Assembly: GCA_963767005.1 (NCBI GenBank)
Contig: CAVYCN010000004.1
Coordinates: 416,001-480,000, forward strand
Direction of reading: 5' to 3'
Length of the DNA stretch: 64,000 nt
DNA from: an uncultured Actinomycetes bacterium
GTDB lineage: Bacteria > Actinomycetota > Thermoleophilia > UBA2241
Under the pieces are notes generated by a model, which was not told the origin of the DNA, searched no databases, and saw nothing but the letters and a program-made list of their open reading frames with translations. The stretch's first letter is position 1. Each line of letters starts with the position of its first letter. Below are positions 19,685 to 30,573 of this stretch, piece by piece. The translations under genes and the position numbers were made by a program.

Positions 19685-20767
19685 ATGGCGACAGTGACTG
19701 ACAACCCCTCGGCCGCCGCCAAGGAGGGCGGGGCGATCGGCCGCAAGGAGCTGCGCGGCGCTGCGGTGCGCGACGGCGTGCTCTATGACATCCGCGGCCT
19801 GGAGGTCTTCTTCCCGGTGCGCCAGAGCTTCCTGCGTTCCATGGTGGCCACCGAGAAGCACTGGGTGCGGGCCGTCGATGGCATCTCCTTTACGATCGGG
19901 GCCGGCGAGATCCTGGCCTTAGTGGGCGAGAGCGGCTGCGGCAAGACCACGACCGGGCGCACCCTGCTGGGCTTGGAGCGCCAGACCGGCGGCCAGATCT
20001 TCTACAAGGGCCTCGAGGTGGGGCGCTTCAGCCCCCAGGCGATCCGCGACTACCGGAGAAACTGCCAGATCATCTTCCAGGACCCCTACAACGCGATCAA
20101 CCCCAAGCACACGATCTTCGACATCGTGGCCGAGCCGCTTGTGGTCAACCACCTGGTGGTAAGCGAGCGCGACAAGGAGGAGCGCGTCGTGCGCGCCTTA
20201 GAGGAGGCCGGCCTGCGGCCCGCCCGCGACTACCTCTACCGCTACCCGCACGAGCTCTCCGGCGGCCAGCGCCAGCGCGTCTGCATCGCCGGGGCGATCG
20301 TGCTCGAGCCCGACATGATCGTCGCCGACGAGCCCGTGGCGAGCCTCGACGTCTCGATCCGCAACGACATCCTGAAGCTCATGGTGGCCCACAAGCGCGA
20401 GCTCGGCGTCACCTATCTGTTCATCACCCACGACCTCTCGCTGGCCTGGGTGATCTCCGATCGCATCGCCGTCATGTACCTCGGCAAGATCGTCGAGATC
20501 GGCGAGACCGAAGAGGTCGTGGCCAACCCCCAGCACCCCTACACCAAGGCCCTGATCAGCGTGATCCCGGTGCCCGACCCGACCGCCCGCCGCGAGCACC
20601 TGGTGCTCACCGGCGAGACGCCCAACCCGGCCGCCATCCCGAGCGGCTGTCGCTTTCATCCGCGCTGCCCCGAGGTGATGGACATCTGCTCACAGCAGGA
20701 CCCCTCGGACGTGCAGGTGCGGGGCAGCCACCACGCGGCCTGCCTGCGGCTGGGAGGCCTGCAGTGA
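19685..20767 (+). CDS. ABC transporter ATP-binding protein (OppF-like)
   Basis: [28 protein letters not shown]. Confidence 0.95.
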   Translation: MATVTDNPSAAAKEGGAIGRKELRGAAVRDGVLYDIRGLEVFFPVRQSFLRSMVATEKHWVRAVDGISFTIGAGEILALVGESGCGKTTTGRTLLGLERQTGGQIFYKGLEVGRFSPQAIRDYRRNCQIIFQDPYNAINPKHTIFDIVAEPLVVNHLVVSERDKEERVVRALEEAGLRPARDYLYRYPHELSGGQRQRVCIAGAIVLEPDMIVADEPVASLDVSIRNDILKLMVAHKRELGVTYLFITHDLSLAWVISDRIAVMYLGKIVEIGETEEVVANPQHPYTKALISVIPVPDPTARREHLVLTGETPNPAAIPSGCRFHPRCPEVMDICSQQDPSDVQVRGSHHAACLRLGGLQ

Positions 20768-20843
20768 CGGCCAACGACGAGACATACGTTCCGGCGGGAC
20801 GGCCGCAGGCCGCCCGTGTGCGCGAAGGACAGTGAGGGGCGCG

Positions 20844-21650
20844 ATGACCGTGCAGACGTACAGGTACGAGCAGATGACCTGGCCGGAGATCCGTGAGATC
20901 GCCGCGCAGGATCGCGTGGTCGTGGTGCCCATCGGCACGCTCGAGGATCACGGCCCCCACCTGCCCATCGACACCGACGTGCGCATCATCAGCGAGATCT
21001 GCGAGCGCGCCTGCGCCAGGGTGGCCGACCAGATCGTCCTGCTCCCCGTGGTGACCCACGGCTACTCGCCGCACCACGGCGACTTCCCCGGCGGCATCAC
21101 GATCGCCTGGGACACGTTCGTGCACCATCTCACCGACATCACCGGCAGCCTCGTGCGCCACGGCTTCAAGCGCATCGTCCTGGCCAACGGCCACGGCTCG
21201 AACATGCCGCTCGTCGACATGGCGGCGCGCCTGACGATCGTCGACCACCCCGACACGCTGTGCTGCAACTACTTCTACCTGTACACCCCGCAGGGGCAGG
21301 ACGCGGTGCGCAAGGTGCGCGAGTCGCACTTCCCCGGCGGCATGGCCCACGCCTGCGAGCTCGAGACGTCGATCTACCTGGCGATCGACCCCTCGCTCGT
21401 ACAGATGGACAAGGCCGTGCCCGACCTGAACCAGCCGGCGAGCGACTACTTCTACATGGACTGGTTCGACGGCCCCGGCTCGATGATGGAATGGTGGTCG
21501 ACGCTGTCCAAGACGGGCACGATGGGCGACCCGACTCTGGCGACGGCCGAGAAGGGCGAGGCGCTCTTGAGCGCCGCCGCCGACGAGCTGCTCTGGGTGA
21601 TCGACGAGATGAAGACCCGCGAGATCAGGCCGCGAGTCGACCACCACTGA
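20844..21650 (+). CDS. Creatininase family amidohydrolase
   Basis: PIGTLEDHGPHLPIDTD, NGHGSN, HACELETS. Confidence 0.9.
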   Translation: MTVQTYRYEQMTWPEIREIAAQDRVVVVPIGTLEDHGPHLPIDTDVRIISEICERACARVADQIVLLPVVTHGYSPHHGDFPGGITIAWDTFVHHLTDITGSLVRHGFKRIVLANGHGSNMPLVDMAARLTIVDHPDTLCCNYFYLYTPQGQDAVRKVRESHFPGGMAHACELETSIYLAIDPSLVQMDKAVPDLNQPASDYFYMDWFDGPGSMMEWWSTLSKTGTMGDPTLATAEKGEALLSAAADELLWVIDEMKTREIRPRVDHH

Positions 21651-21694
21651 CCGGGTCGCCGCGGGCAGGGACGGATCCAGGGGGGCGGGAGCAG

Positions 21695-22543
21695 GTGGCC
21701 GAAGACGAGAAACAAACGACGCGCGGCCGGCGCGCGGCGAACGGCCGGCAGGCAGGCTCGCCGGCACGCGGCGCCGCGCGTGACGGCACGAGCGAGCGCG
21801 CGCGGCTCAAGAGGCCCGTGCGAAGCGGCAATAGCGGATCGTCGAAAAGCGGCAACTCGAGCGGCAAGACAGCGACGAGCGGCAAGGACGCGCGCGGCGA
21901 GCGCACCTACCAGCGCGCGCTCGCCGGCAGCCCCATCACCGACCTGCCGCCCAAGGCGCAGGAGATCATCCGCGCCGCGCGCCGCATCGTCCAGCGCGAC
22001 GGCTTCGACAAGCTCTCGTTCGAGGCGATCGCCGCCGAGGCCGGCGTGTACACGTCGGCGATCCGTTACTACTTCGGCAGCAAGAGCGGCCTGGTCGAGG
22101 CGCTGGTCGACGTCTCCACGCACGACGCCAGCCTGCGCGTGTACGAACGCTCGCGCAGTGAGTCGAGCCGGCAGATGCGGGTCCGTCGAGCCGTGCTCGA
22201 GAGCATCGACCTGACCAGACCCGGGGTCTACCAGACCACCTGGGAGATGTTGCCGCACATCCTGCGGTCCAAGTCGCTGCGCAGCCGCGTAGCCAGACTC
22301 TACGATCTGCACCGCCGCCACTACGACGAGGTCTTCGCGGGCCCCGACGGCGAGCTCGATCCCGAAGCGGTGCGCTCGTACGCGAGCCTGCTGATCGCCG
22401 TGCTGGACGGCATCGCCATGCAGAAAGCCCTCGATCCTGCCGGCGTCGACGCCGAGGCGATCTTCGCGCTGTGGGCCGATATCCTGACGGGGTCGCTGGC
22501 GGCGCGCGATGCCGTGAGCGCGGGCGACGGCGCGACGCCGTAG
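21695..22543 (+). CDS. TetR/AcrR family regulator
   Basis: IIRAARR..GFDKLSFEAIAAEAGV..IRYYFGSK; start codon uncertain. Confidence 0.85.
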   Translation: MAEDEKQTTRGRRAANGRQAGSPARGAARDGTSERARLKRPVRSGNSGSSKSGNSSGKTATSGKDARGERTYQRALAGSPITDLPPKAQEIIRAARRIVQRDGFDKLSFEAIAAEAGVYTSAIRYYFGSKSGLVEALVDVSTHDASLRVYERSRSESSRQMRVRRAVLESIDLTRPGVYQTTWEMLPHILRSKSLRSRVARLYDLHRRHYDEVFAGPDGELDPEAVRSYASLLIAVLDGIAMQKALDPAGVDAEAIFALWADILTGSLAARDAVSAGDGATP

Positions 22544-22616
22544 CCCAGGTCCAGGTCCGCCAGCCGGCGCCTGCCGCAGCCGGCGTCCGGCAGCCAGGCA
22601 GTCGGGTCGGCGGTCC

Positions 22617-23279
22617 CTAAGCCTCAGGCAGCTCGGGCACGAGCACGGCGAAGCGCGGGTCGGAGCGGACCGGGTCCAGGTCGGAGTCGGCGTGGGCGTC
22701 GGCGGCCAGCGAGGGCCGCTCCTGCAAGGCGGCGGCGAGGTGCTGCAGCGCCGAAGCGGTCTCGCCGAGCTGCGCCTCGGCGCAAGCGAGGTTGTAGTGC
22801 ACGTTGGCGCGGTCCTGGTAGCGGCCGAGCGCCGCCGTCAGGAGGGTGCGCGCCTTCGCGTACTCGCCGCCGTCGAAGAGCGGCAACACCTCGGCGTTGA
22901 TCTCCCAGGAGCGCGGCGCGAAGGCCCCACCGGCCGTGCCGCCGACGACCACCACAGTCGTGCCGGGTTCGAGTGAGATCGCCTCACGCCGTGCCGCCGG
23001 GTCGCGCACGAACACGACGGTGCCGGCCGGCGCGTCGATCCGCTCGCCGCTCACCGTGAAGCCGGCCTTGCCGGCGGTGACCAGGTAGAGCTCCTCGTGG
23101 CCCGACGCCAGCTCGTCGTGCGGCACGATCACGTGCTCGCCGATCTCGCCCGCCGTCCAGGCGTTGATGCCGAAGGCGCGCACGTCGAGCGTGCGGCGGA
23201 TCGGCGCCCAGCCGCGGTCGTTGGTCAAGTCGGCGAGGTGCGCCTTCTCGTAGGGTCGTTGGCTCGGTTCGTCCGTCAC
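22617..23279 (-). CDS. Cupin plus TPR protein
   Basis: PHDE..HEELYLV..G cupin motif; C-terminal YNLACAEA..ARxDxDLDP TPR end motif. Confidence 0.75.
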   Translation of the reverse strand: MTDEPSQRPYEKAHLADLTNDRGWAPIRRTLDVRAFGINAWTAGEIGEHVIVPHDELASGHEELYLVTAGKAGFTVSGERIDAPAGTVVFVRDPAARREAISLEPGTTVVVVGGTAGGAFAPRSWEINAEVLPLFDGGEYAKARTLLTAALGRYQDRANVHYNLACAEAQLGETASALQHLAAALQERPSLAADAHADSDLDPVRSDPRFAVLVPELPEA

Positions 23280-23310
23280 GACTGCCTCCCTCGCTGGCTC
23301 GGGTCGTCGG

Positions 23311-24565
23311 TCACGATCGTATTCTACGGTCGCGCGTGGCGGCCGTTCTGGCCGCGAACGCGGCGACCAGCGCAGCCCAGGTCGCGAGGACCGGCCCGGG
23401 GTCGAGGGCATCGCGGTCGATGAGGAGCTGGATCGGGAGACCGTAGGCGACCGCCAGCGTCAGGTCTACGAGAGCCGGGCTGAACGGCGCGCCGCGCGTG
23501 CGGCACGACGCCGCGACGGCGGCTCGCAGCCACGCGACATACTGTGCGTGGCGCGCGAGCAGCTCGTCATCCCTGACGATCGCCGGCAACATCTCGTAGA
23601 GGCCACGCATCGAGCGCAGCACGCCGGCGTCGGCGAGCGGGAGGTCGGCGAGCGGATGGTCGTCGCTCTTCATGGCCAGCCTGAGGTGCCGCACCGCAGT
23701 GCGCTGCGCGCGGGCGAGCAGCGTCGCGTTCATGGCGATGATGAGGTTGCGTTTCTCGCCGAAGTAGTACGTCGTGGCCGAGCTCGGTTCGCCGGACTGC
23801 CGCGCAATCGCGTCGAAGGTCACGGCCGTCAGCCCCCGCGACCGGAAGACGAACAGCGCGGCGTCGAGCAGGCGGCGCGCGACGGGCGGCAAGCCGGCGG
23901 CCGGATCGGCGAAGCTGGGAGCAGTGTCGCCCGTTGCTGGCAGTCTCCCCACCGCGAGCGGTGAATCGTTCTCCCATGGTCCGGGCCGCGGCGACACCCC
24001 GCTCTGCACGGCGGCGAGTGGCTGCAGCAGGGCGAACGCGCCCTCGTGGTCGAATCCGGCGCGGTCGAGTTGAAGCAGTATCGCCGCGCCCTCGTCGACG
24101 GCGAGCAGGAGGCTGGCCAGCGCGAGCTGGCCGTCGGGGTCGAGCTCCTTGACGGGCATGGCCATGACGCCGAGCGTGCGGTACGTCTGGTTGAGCTCGG
24201 CGTGACGCCGGCGGGTGCCGGCGTGGCGCAGCAGCCGCGGCAGCAGGTCGAAGTACATGCGGTACTCGCGCGTCTCGAGCGCCAGGGCGTGGTGTGCCTC
24301 GATGAGGGCGCGCAAGCGGTCGGCCGGCGAGTCCGGGAGGCACGCGAGGCGGTGCACGAGGTCCATGTCCTCGTCGTGCCAGAGCGAGTCGACGAGGGCG
24401 GCGAGCAAGCCGTCCTTGTCGCCGAAGTGGTAGATGATCAGGGACTTGGTCTCGCCCGCCTCGGCGGCGATCCGCCGCAGGGTGAGGCCTGAGAAGCCGT
24501 CGCGCTCGAGCACGCGCAGGGCTGCCGCGAGGATCGTGCGGGCCGTCGGCCCGAGCTCACGCAGC
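23311..24565 (-). CDS. Tandem double TetR regulator (start codon unclear)
   Basis: Two HTH modules (LRRIAAEAGE..IYHFGDK; FDAIARQSGE..YYFGEK). The frame stays open upstream of 24513 without an ATG/GTG/TTG. Confidence 0.8.
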
Positions 24566-24723
24566 GCGTAGCCGGCGGGTCCGGCAGCCGGCTCACCACG
24601 GCCGCCGGCGCGCTCGTCGATCGGGCGCGATGTGGAACCGCTCGCCGGCGATAAGCCCGCGTTCGGTCTGACTCCGCCCCTGCTCGTATGAGCCGGTGGT
24701 CCGGCCGTTCCGCCCCCCCTCGA

Positions 24724-24758
24724 TTGACATGCCGCAGCCTGACTATATCATTCAGGCG
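24724..24758 (+). promoter_or_regulatory. Promoter and inverted repeat upstream of the APC permease
   Basis: TTGACA-N16-TATCAT; GCCTGA-N9-TCAGGC inverted repeat spans the -10 element. Confidence 0.55.
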
Positions 24759-24976
24759 TGAGTTGACCGGTCACCCAAACGTCACCGGTCGGGGAGGGGG
24801 TCAGCGCAAGCGCGACTGGGGAGCGCGCCACGCGCACAGGTCGGCGCCGGACAGGCGACGGAGTCCCGTGATCCGGGGCGCCGGTCCCGCCCGCCGGCAT
24901 CGCCGGCCGTGTTCCCGCGGACAGCGGCTGCACGCTTCACCGAAGACTGATCGGCGATTCGCAGACAGGGGGCGGT

Positions 24977-26581
24977 ATGTCCGAAGAACTCGCGTATGCA
25001 CGCAAAGCCAGTGGCCTGGTGCGTGGCCTTTCCTTGTGGGACGCGTTCGGTATCGGCTTGGCCGTCATCCAGCCGATCTACGCCATCTGGTACACGGTGC
25101 AGGTCGGCGTCGGCCTGTTCCCCGGCGGCAACCTGCTGATCGCGACCGCCATCTCGGCCGTGACTTGCGGCCTGTGCGCGCCGGTCGTGTGGGGCATCCT
25201 GGGCGCCTCGATGCCGCGCTCCGGCGGTGAGTACATCTACAACTCACGCATCATCCACCCGGTGATCGCCATGGGGGCTAGCTTCGCCAACGTGATCGCG
25301 ATCACGTACTGGAACATCTTCATCTCGACCTGGATCGCGAGCCCGGCGCTGGCCATCCTCGGCCAGTACATGGGCTGGACGGGCCTGAGCAACTTCGTCG
25401 CCAGCAAGGGCGGCATCGTGACGCTGACGACCGCCTGCTTTGCGATGTCGTTCGTGGCGGTCGTCTTCGGCATCAACGTCTTCCGCAAGATCCAGCGGCC
25501 GTTCATCGCGGTCGGCATCGGCGGTCCCATCGTGCTTGCCATTGCGCTCTCGCTGTGCTCCAAGGCGAGCTTCATCGCGCACTGGAACGCGGCCGCCGTC
25601 AAGTACCACTCCTTGAACTACAACGCCTTCGTCACCGCGGTCGGCACCGCCGCCGGCCACGCCATGCCCCGCACCTGGAACTGGGGCGACACGCTCGGCG
25701 TCACGAGCGGCGTGTTCTTCCTGTTCATCTACGCGTACGCGCTCGTCTACCTGAGCGGCGAGGTCAAGCGCCCCGACAAGACCGTCCTCAAGGCGAGCTG
25801 GATGGCTGTGCTCGTGCCGGCCATCATCGGCTTCTGGACGTTCTTCGCGCTCTACCACATCGCCGACTTCCGCTTCATCAGCGCGTCGGCCTACAACGAC
25901 CTGTTCGGCGGCGTGAAGGGCTACAACTTCCCGTTCTCGACGAGCTACATGACGCTGTCGTGGCTGGCCTCGGGGCGCAGCTGGCTGATCGCGATCATCG
26001 CCTCATTTACCTTCCTGCTCACGAGCTACTGGCTGATCACGGTCGACCTCATGCTCGTGCCGCGCGCCATGTTCGCCTGGGGCATGGACCGCATGGGCCC
26101 CAAGTGGTTTACGGACATCAGCCCGCGCTGGGCCTCTCCGGTCAAGCTCTACGCGCTCATCACCGTCATCCAGATCGTGCTCACGGCAGCCTACGTGCTC
26201 TGGTTCTCGAGCGAACTCACCGGACTCGTGGCCGGCGGCCTGCAGCTCGTCTCGGTATTCTTGATAACCGGCATCTCGGGCCTGCTGTTCGCCTATCGCA
26301 AGAAGGTCAGGCACATCTGGGACTCGTCGCCCTACAAGGGCTGGCGGATCGCCGGCGTGCCGATCATCACGCTGGCCTCGATCGTCTACGTCTGCTACAT
26401 CGTGGCGCTGCTCTACTTCGCCTTCTTCGACTCGAAGACGAAGGACATCACGGGCAAGAAGGCGATCATCTTCGTGATCGTGTGGGCGGTCGGCATCGCC
26501 TGGTACTACTTCTGGAAGCGGCGCAGCGCGAAGGTCGGCGTCGATGTGGCGCTGACCTACGGCGAGCTGCCGCCTGAGTGA
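24977..26581 (+). CDS. APC family amino acid/polyamine permease
   Basis: ARKASGLVR, MPRSGGEY, GEVKRP, RAMFAWGMDR; about 12 TM segments. Confidence 0.88.
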   Translation: MSEELAYARKASGLVRGLSLWDAFGIGLAVIQPIYAIWYTVQVGVGLFPGGNLLIATAISAVTCGLCAPVVWGILGASMPRSGGEYIYNSRIIHPVIAMGASFANVIAITYWNIFISTWIASPALAILGQYMGWTGLSNFVASKGGIVTLTTACFAMSFVAVVFGINVFRKIQRPFIAVGIGGPIVLAIALSLCSKASFIAHWNAAAVKYHSLNYNAFVTAVGTAAGHAMPRTWNWGDTLGVTSGVFFLFIYAYALVYLSGEVKRPDKTVLKASWMAVLVPAIIGFWTFFALYHIADFRFISASAYNDLFGGVKGYNFPFSTSYMTLSWLASGRSWLIAIIASFTFLLTSYWLITVDLMLVPRAMFAWGMDRMGPKWFTDISPRWASPVKLYALITVIQIVLTAAYVLWFSSELTGLVAGGLQLVSVFLITGISGLLFAYRKKVRHIWDSSPYKGWRIAGVPIITLASIVYVCYIVALLYFAFFDSKTKDITGKKAIIFVIVWAVGIAWYYFWKRRSAKVGVDVALTYGELPPE

Positions 26582-26765
26582 CGCTGCCGGCCCGTCGCTT
26601 GTGACGGGCCTGCGCGGGCCGGCCGAAGACTGCCGTCTTCGGCCGGCCCGCGCTCCCGCCTTGCGGCGCGTGAGCGCGGCGGTTGCGACCGTCCACGTAC
26701 GGGGGCGGTGATCGGCCGGCGCCGGAAGGGTGCGACCAGTGTGAAGCCCGAAGAGGAGGCCTGCC

Positions 26766-28094
26766 TTGAGCGTTGACCTACGCCTGCAGTCCGGCGCGGA
26801 GGAGCGCGTCGTCGAAGCCGTGCGGGAGGGCGCGGACGAGCTCGTCGGCATCGTCGCCGACCTGGTCGCCTTCGACACCACGGCCCGGCTCCCCGGCGAG
26901 CCGGCGCGCGAGGAGCGGGCGCTGCAGGAGTACCTGCGCGGCGTCCTGGTCGAGCTCGGCGCCGAGGCCGACGTGTGGGAGCCCGAGCCGGTGCCGGCGG
27001 GGCATCCGGTCCTGCCCAACGGCCTCGACTTTCGCGGGCGGCCGCAGCTTGCCGCGCACCTGTCCGGAGCGGGCGGCGGTCGCAGCCTGCTGCTGAACGG
27101 CCACATCGACGCCGTGTCGGCCGAGCCCGTGGCGCAGTGGGCGAGCGACCCCTTCACGGCGCGGGTGCGCGACGGCGTGCTCTACGGCCGCGGCACCTGC
27201 GACATGAAGGGCGGGATCGCCGACCAGCTCTTCGCCCTGATCGTCCTGCGCCGGCTCGGCGTCAGGCTGGCCGGGGACGCCGTCTTCTGCACGAACACCG
27301 ACGAGGAATCGAGCGGGGCCGGGTCGTACGCCTGCGTCGAGCACGGCGTGCGCGCCGATGCCGGTGTCAGCGGCGAGCCGACCGCCTTCGACGCCTGGGT
27401 CGCCTGCCGCGGGGCCGTGAACGCGACGATCACGGTCGAGGGGCGTCCCGGTCACGCCGAGGTGCGCCAGCCCGACTGGCGCCTGGGCGGGGCGGTCAAC
27501 GCGATCGACAAGATGGCGCTCGTCCTGCAGGGCATCCACACGCTGCGCGAAGACTGGCGGACGCGTGGCGACCACGCTCACCCGTTGCTCAGCCCCGGCG
27601 ACATCGTGCCGACCATCGTACGGGGCGGCGAGTGGATCGTGACCTTCCCCTCGTCGTGCGAGCTCACCCTCGACCTGCAGTACCTGCCCGGCCAGGTCGG
27701 CGCCGACGGCACGGGCAGGGATGTCTTCCGCGAGGTCGAGACGTTCGTGAACTCGGCGGCGGCGTCGGACCCCTGGCTCGCCGCGCACCCGCCGCGCTGG
27801 GAGTGGCCCTGCGACATCATCCCGGCCGAGATCCCGACCGACCACCCCATCGTGCTCGCCGCGCTCCAGGCGGGGGCCGACCTGGGCCGTGCCGGCGTGG
27901 CGGGGGGCATGGACTCCTGGCACGATCCCGCCGTCTTCATCCGCCGCGGCGGCATCCCCACGATCTCGTTCGGCCCGGGCGGTTTCGACGTGGCTCACAG
28001 GATCGACGAGTGTGTGCCGGTGGCCGACCTGGTCGACCACGCCAGCGCCGTGGCGTTGCTCCTCATGCGGTGGTGCGGGGTAGCGGGCGGCTGA
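26766..28094 (+). CDS. ArgE/DapE family M20 deacylase
   Basis: LNGHID, YGRGTCDMKGG, DEE, GEPT, AHRIDE. Confidence 0.9.
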   Translation: MSVDLRLQSGAEERVVEAVREGADELVGIVADLVAFDTTARLPGEPAREERALQEYLRGVLVELGAEADVWEPEPVPAGHPVLPNGLDFRGRPQLAAHLSGAGGGRSLLLNGHIDAVSAEPVAQWASDPFTARVRDGVLYGRGTCDMKGGIADQLFALIVLRRLGVRLAGDAVFCTNTDEESSGAGSYACVEHGVRADAGVSGEPTAFDAWVACRGAVNATITVEGRPGHAEVRQPDWRLGGAVNAIDKMALVLQGIHTLREDWRTRGDHAHPLLSPGDIVPTIVRGGEWIVTFPSSCELTLDLQYLPGQVGADGTGRDVFREVETFVNSAAASDPWLAAHPPRWEWPCDIIPAEIPTDHPIVLAALQAGADLGRAGVAGGMDSWHDPAVFIRRGGIPTISFGPGGFDVAHRIDECVPVADLVDHASAVALLLMRWCGVAGG

Positions 28095-28185
28095 GGCGGG
28101 CAGGTGTCGGGTGGCTGAGCGGCAAGTCGCGGGCGGTCGAGGCGGGCCGGGGCCGCGTGGCGCGCCTGCCCGCGCGTCGTCACGT

Positions 28186-28973
28186 CTACCGGTGTGTCAC
28201 GAGGAAGGTCTCGTCGTCATAGAGGATCGCCGACGGGCGCGCCCCAGGCGGCGATGACGTCACGGTCCGGGTCAGGTGCCAGTGGCTCAGGGGACGGCCG
28301 TTGACCCGGCAGTCCATGAAGCGGACGGGCCCGAGCGACGCGACGCCGTGGCCGTCGTCGCGTGTCTCGACGATGATCTCGGCGCTCGCGCAGGCCGCGG
28401 CCGGCGCCCGCCGGTCGCGACGTACCCGGCCCAGTTGGTCGAGACGCGGACGGTCGGCTTGGGCGTGGAGAGGGCACCTGCGGTCGTACCGGTGCGCGAG
28501 GTCGCCCCGCCGATCGAAGGCGTGTGGAGCCTGAAGACGCCCGCCACGAGCAGGATCGCGACGACCAGTGCGACGATGCTCAGAGCAGCGGCGATGGAGC
28601 GACCGCGGCCTGCGCTGAGTCGGCGGCCTTGTGGCGCGCCGGTGGGACCGGGGGCCGTCAGAGCGAGCTCTGGGTCGGAGGCGGACGGGGCGAGCTCCCG
28701 GGCGGTGGTGAGCTCCCGCTCGGCAGAGAGCTCGCGCGCCGCGGCCTGCTCGACCAGGGAGTACGTGTCGGGCGACGCCCAGAGCAGGAACCCCTGCCGG
28801 CCATACTCCTGCACCGCCCGGGCTTCGAGCCGCCCGTCCTGCTCGAGGGTGAACACGGCGCCGTCGTAGGTGATCGTGCGGCCGTCCCACTTGGTGATGG
28901 GACTGAAGGTGGCGATCAGCCAGCGCGCCGGCGGATGCGAACCGCACTCGTGCTGCCGGTCTTCTGGATCCAA
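28186..28973 (-). pseudogene. Disrupted membrane-anchored G1 (glutamic) peptidase-like gene
   Basis: TM helix then STNWAGYVATG in one frame; SAEIIVE..VRFMDCRVNG in another frame about 30 nt later, with the middle of the domain missing. Confidence 0.6.
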
Positions 28974-29028
28974 GGTCCCCCCAGGTCCTGGACGCCGCGG
29001 CGTGCGTTGGCGGCGGCGAGCTCGCAGG

Positions 29029-30384
29029 TCAGGCGTGAGCGTAGGCGCTGCCGCCGGTCGGCCTGACCGCCTTGGCCCGCTCGCGGTCGAGCGACAGGAA
29101 CGCCTCGACGCAGTGAGCGTCGAACTGCGTCCCGGCGCCGTTCGCAAGCTCGGCGATGGCGACCTCGTGCGAGAGCGCCGCGCGGTACGGACGGTCCGAC
29201 GTCATGGCGTCGTAGACGTCGGCCACCGCGATGATGCGGGAACCGAGTGGGATGTCCTCACCCGAGAGCCCCTCGGGATAGCCGGTGCCGTCCCAGCGCT
29301 CGTGGTGGTGCATGATGATGTCGGCGCCGGCGCCGAACAGGTTGAACTGCCCGGCCAAGGCCGCACCGGCCGCCGGGTGCTTGTTGATCTGGCGCCGCTC
29401 CTCCTCGGTCAGCTTGCCTTCCTTGAAGAGGATGCGGTTGTCGATCGAGATCTTGCCGAGGTCGTGGATATGCGCCGCTGAGACGACCAACTCGACCATG
29501 TTGCTCGGCAGACCGAGCGCAACCGCAATGCGCTCTGCGTGGTCGGCGACTCGCTTGGAGTGCTCGTAGGTGTACCGGTCGCGCTTGTCGAGGGTGTCGG
29601 CGAGCAGGACAAGGGCCTTCTCGGTGTCCGTCTTCAAGTGTGCGTAGAGCACGAAGCCCTTATACAGGACCCATATCAGCAGCGGGAAGTACAAGAGCGT
29701 CCACGGACTCTGTGCGTATGCGTTCGCGACGACGGCGCCGAGTGGGGCCATCGCCAGATAGAAGACTCCGCCCTCTCGCATCGACAGCAGCCAGCAGCGC
29801 CAGAAGGGCCGTCCGTGCAGGGCGAATACTCCACTCACCAGCATCCCGTTGACTGAGATGAAGACAAGTGCCGCGACGGCGTAGGCTGCGGCGTTCGACG
29901 TTAGACTCACGCTCGGGACAGCTCGCAAGGCTAGGAAGCTCAACCCGGCAAGTCCGCCGATTAGCGTCGACTGGCCACATTCGAAGGCCACCTTCAGCGC
30001 GCCTTTGCGGCGGAGAACTCCCTCCCCGACGAGCGCCCCGATGCACGCCGCCAAGGCACCAAAGGCCGGGCCGAAGAGCACGGCAGCCGCAAACGTGGGC
30101 GTGAAACACAGGGAGATCGCACCGTGATCGGACATGTGGACCGTCCACGAATCGCTCAACGCGATGACTCCCGCGAACAAGGCGAGCGCCGCCCATTGGT
30201 GCTTCGGAAGTGTCGAGAGTGTCGCGAGGACCAGCGTCAGTGCAGCTACGTCGACCGCCGCGACGTAGGCGGGTATCCGGCGTGCTCGTCGACCTATGGT
30301 AGGGAAGTTAGGACGCCGCTCAGCGCCTTCGCTGCGAGCATCTATCGCGGCTGACCGCGTCCTTGGCGACCAGAGCGTCATCAT
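29029..30384 (-). CDS. Membrane-anchored HD-GYP c-di-GMP phosphodiesterase
   Basis: About 6-7 TM helices at the N-terminus; D.YTYEHSKRV, HDLGK, HHERWDGTGYP, IAVADVYDAMTSDRPY; AGGAG before the ATG at 30384. Confidence 0.92.
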   Translation of the reverse strand: MMTLWSPRTRSAAIDARSEGAERRPNFPTIGRRARRIPAYVAAVDVAALTLVLATLSTLPKHQWAALALFAGVIALSDSWTVHMSDHGAISLCFTPTFAAAVLFGPAFGALAACIGALVGEGVLRRKGALKVAFECGQSTLIGGLAGLSFLALRAVPSVSLTSNAAAYAVAALVFISVNGMLVSGVFALHGRPFWRCWLLSMREGGVFYLAMAPLGAVVANAYAQSPWTLLYFPLLIWVLYKGFVLYAHLKTDTEKALVLLADTLDKRDRYTYEHSKRVADHAERIAVALGLPSNMVELVVSAAHIHDLGKISIDNRILFKEGKLTEEERRQINKHPAAGAALAGQFNLFGAGADIIMHHHERWDGTGYPEGLSGEDIPLGSRIIAVADVYDAMTSDRPYRAALSHEVAIAELANGAGTQFDAHCVEAFLSLDRERAKAVRPTGGSAYAHA

Positions 30385-30520
30385 TGGTGCAGTGTCTCCT
30401 GTGCCCGACACCGGCCGCGAACGGCCCGACTCATGGGTGCACGGTGCACGCCCGCCGGTACTTCATTCTCGGTCAGACGTGCGGTTCCCTTGAGTTGACC
30501 ACGGCAGATTGTGCCGCCCC

Positions 30521-30547
30521 GGTCCCGCGGGGACCTTCCCCTATAAT
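30521..30547 (+). promoter_or_regulatory. -10 box and inverted repeat upstream of the radical SAM gene
   Basis: TATAAT at 30542; GGTCCC-gcg-GGGACC inverted repeat at 30521-30535 in the -35 region. Confidence 0.5.
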
Positions 30548-30573
30548 GCGGCGAAGCGACTCGAGGGGGCCAG

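Noticed and set aside
30381-30466. Tiny minus-strand ORFs (MKYRRACTVHP; MSRAVRGRCRAQETLHQ) before the HD-GYP gene as signal peptides
   Set aside because: Weak RBS and no coding bias; indistinguishable from chance.
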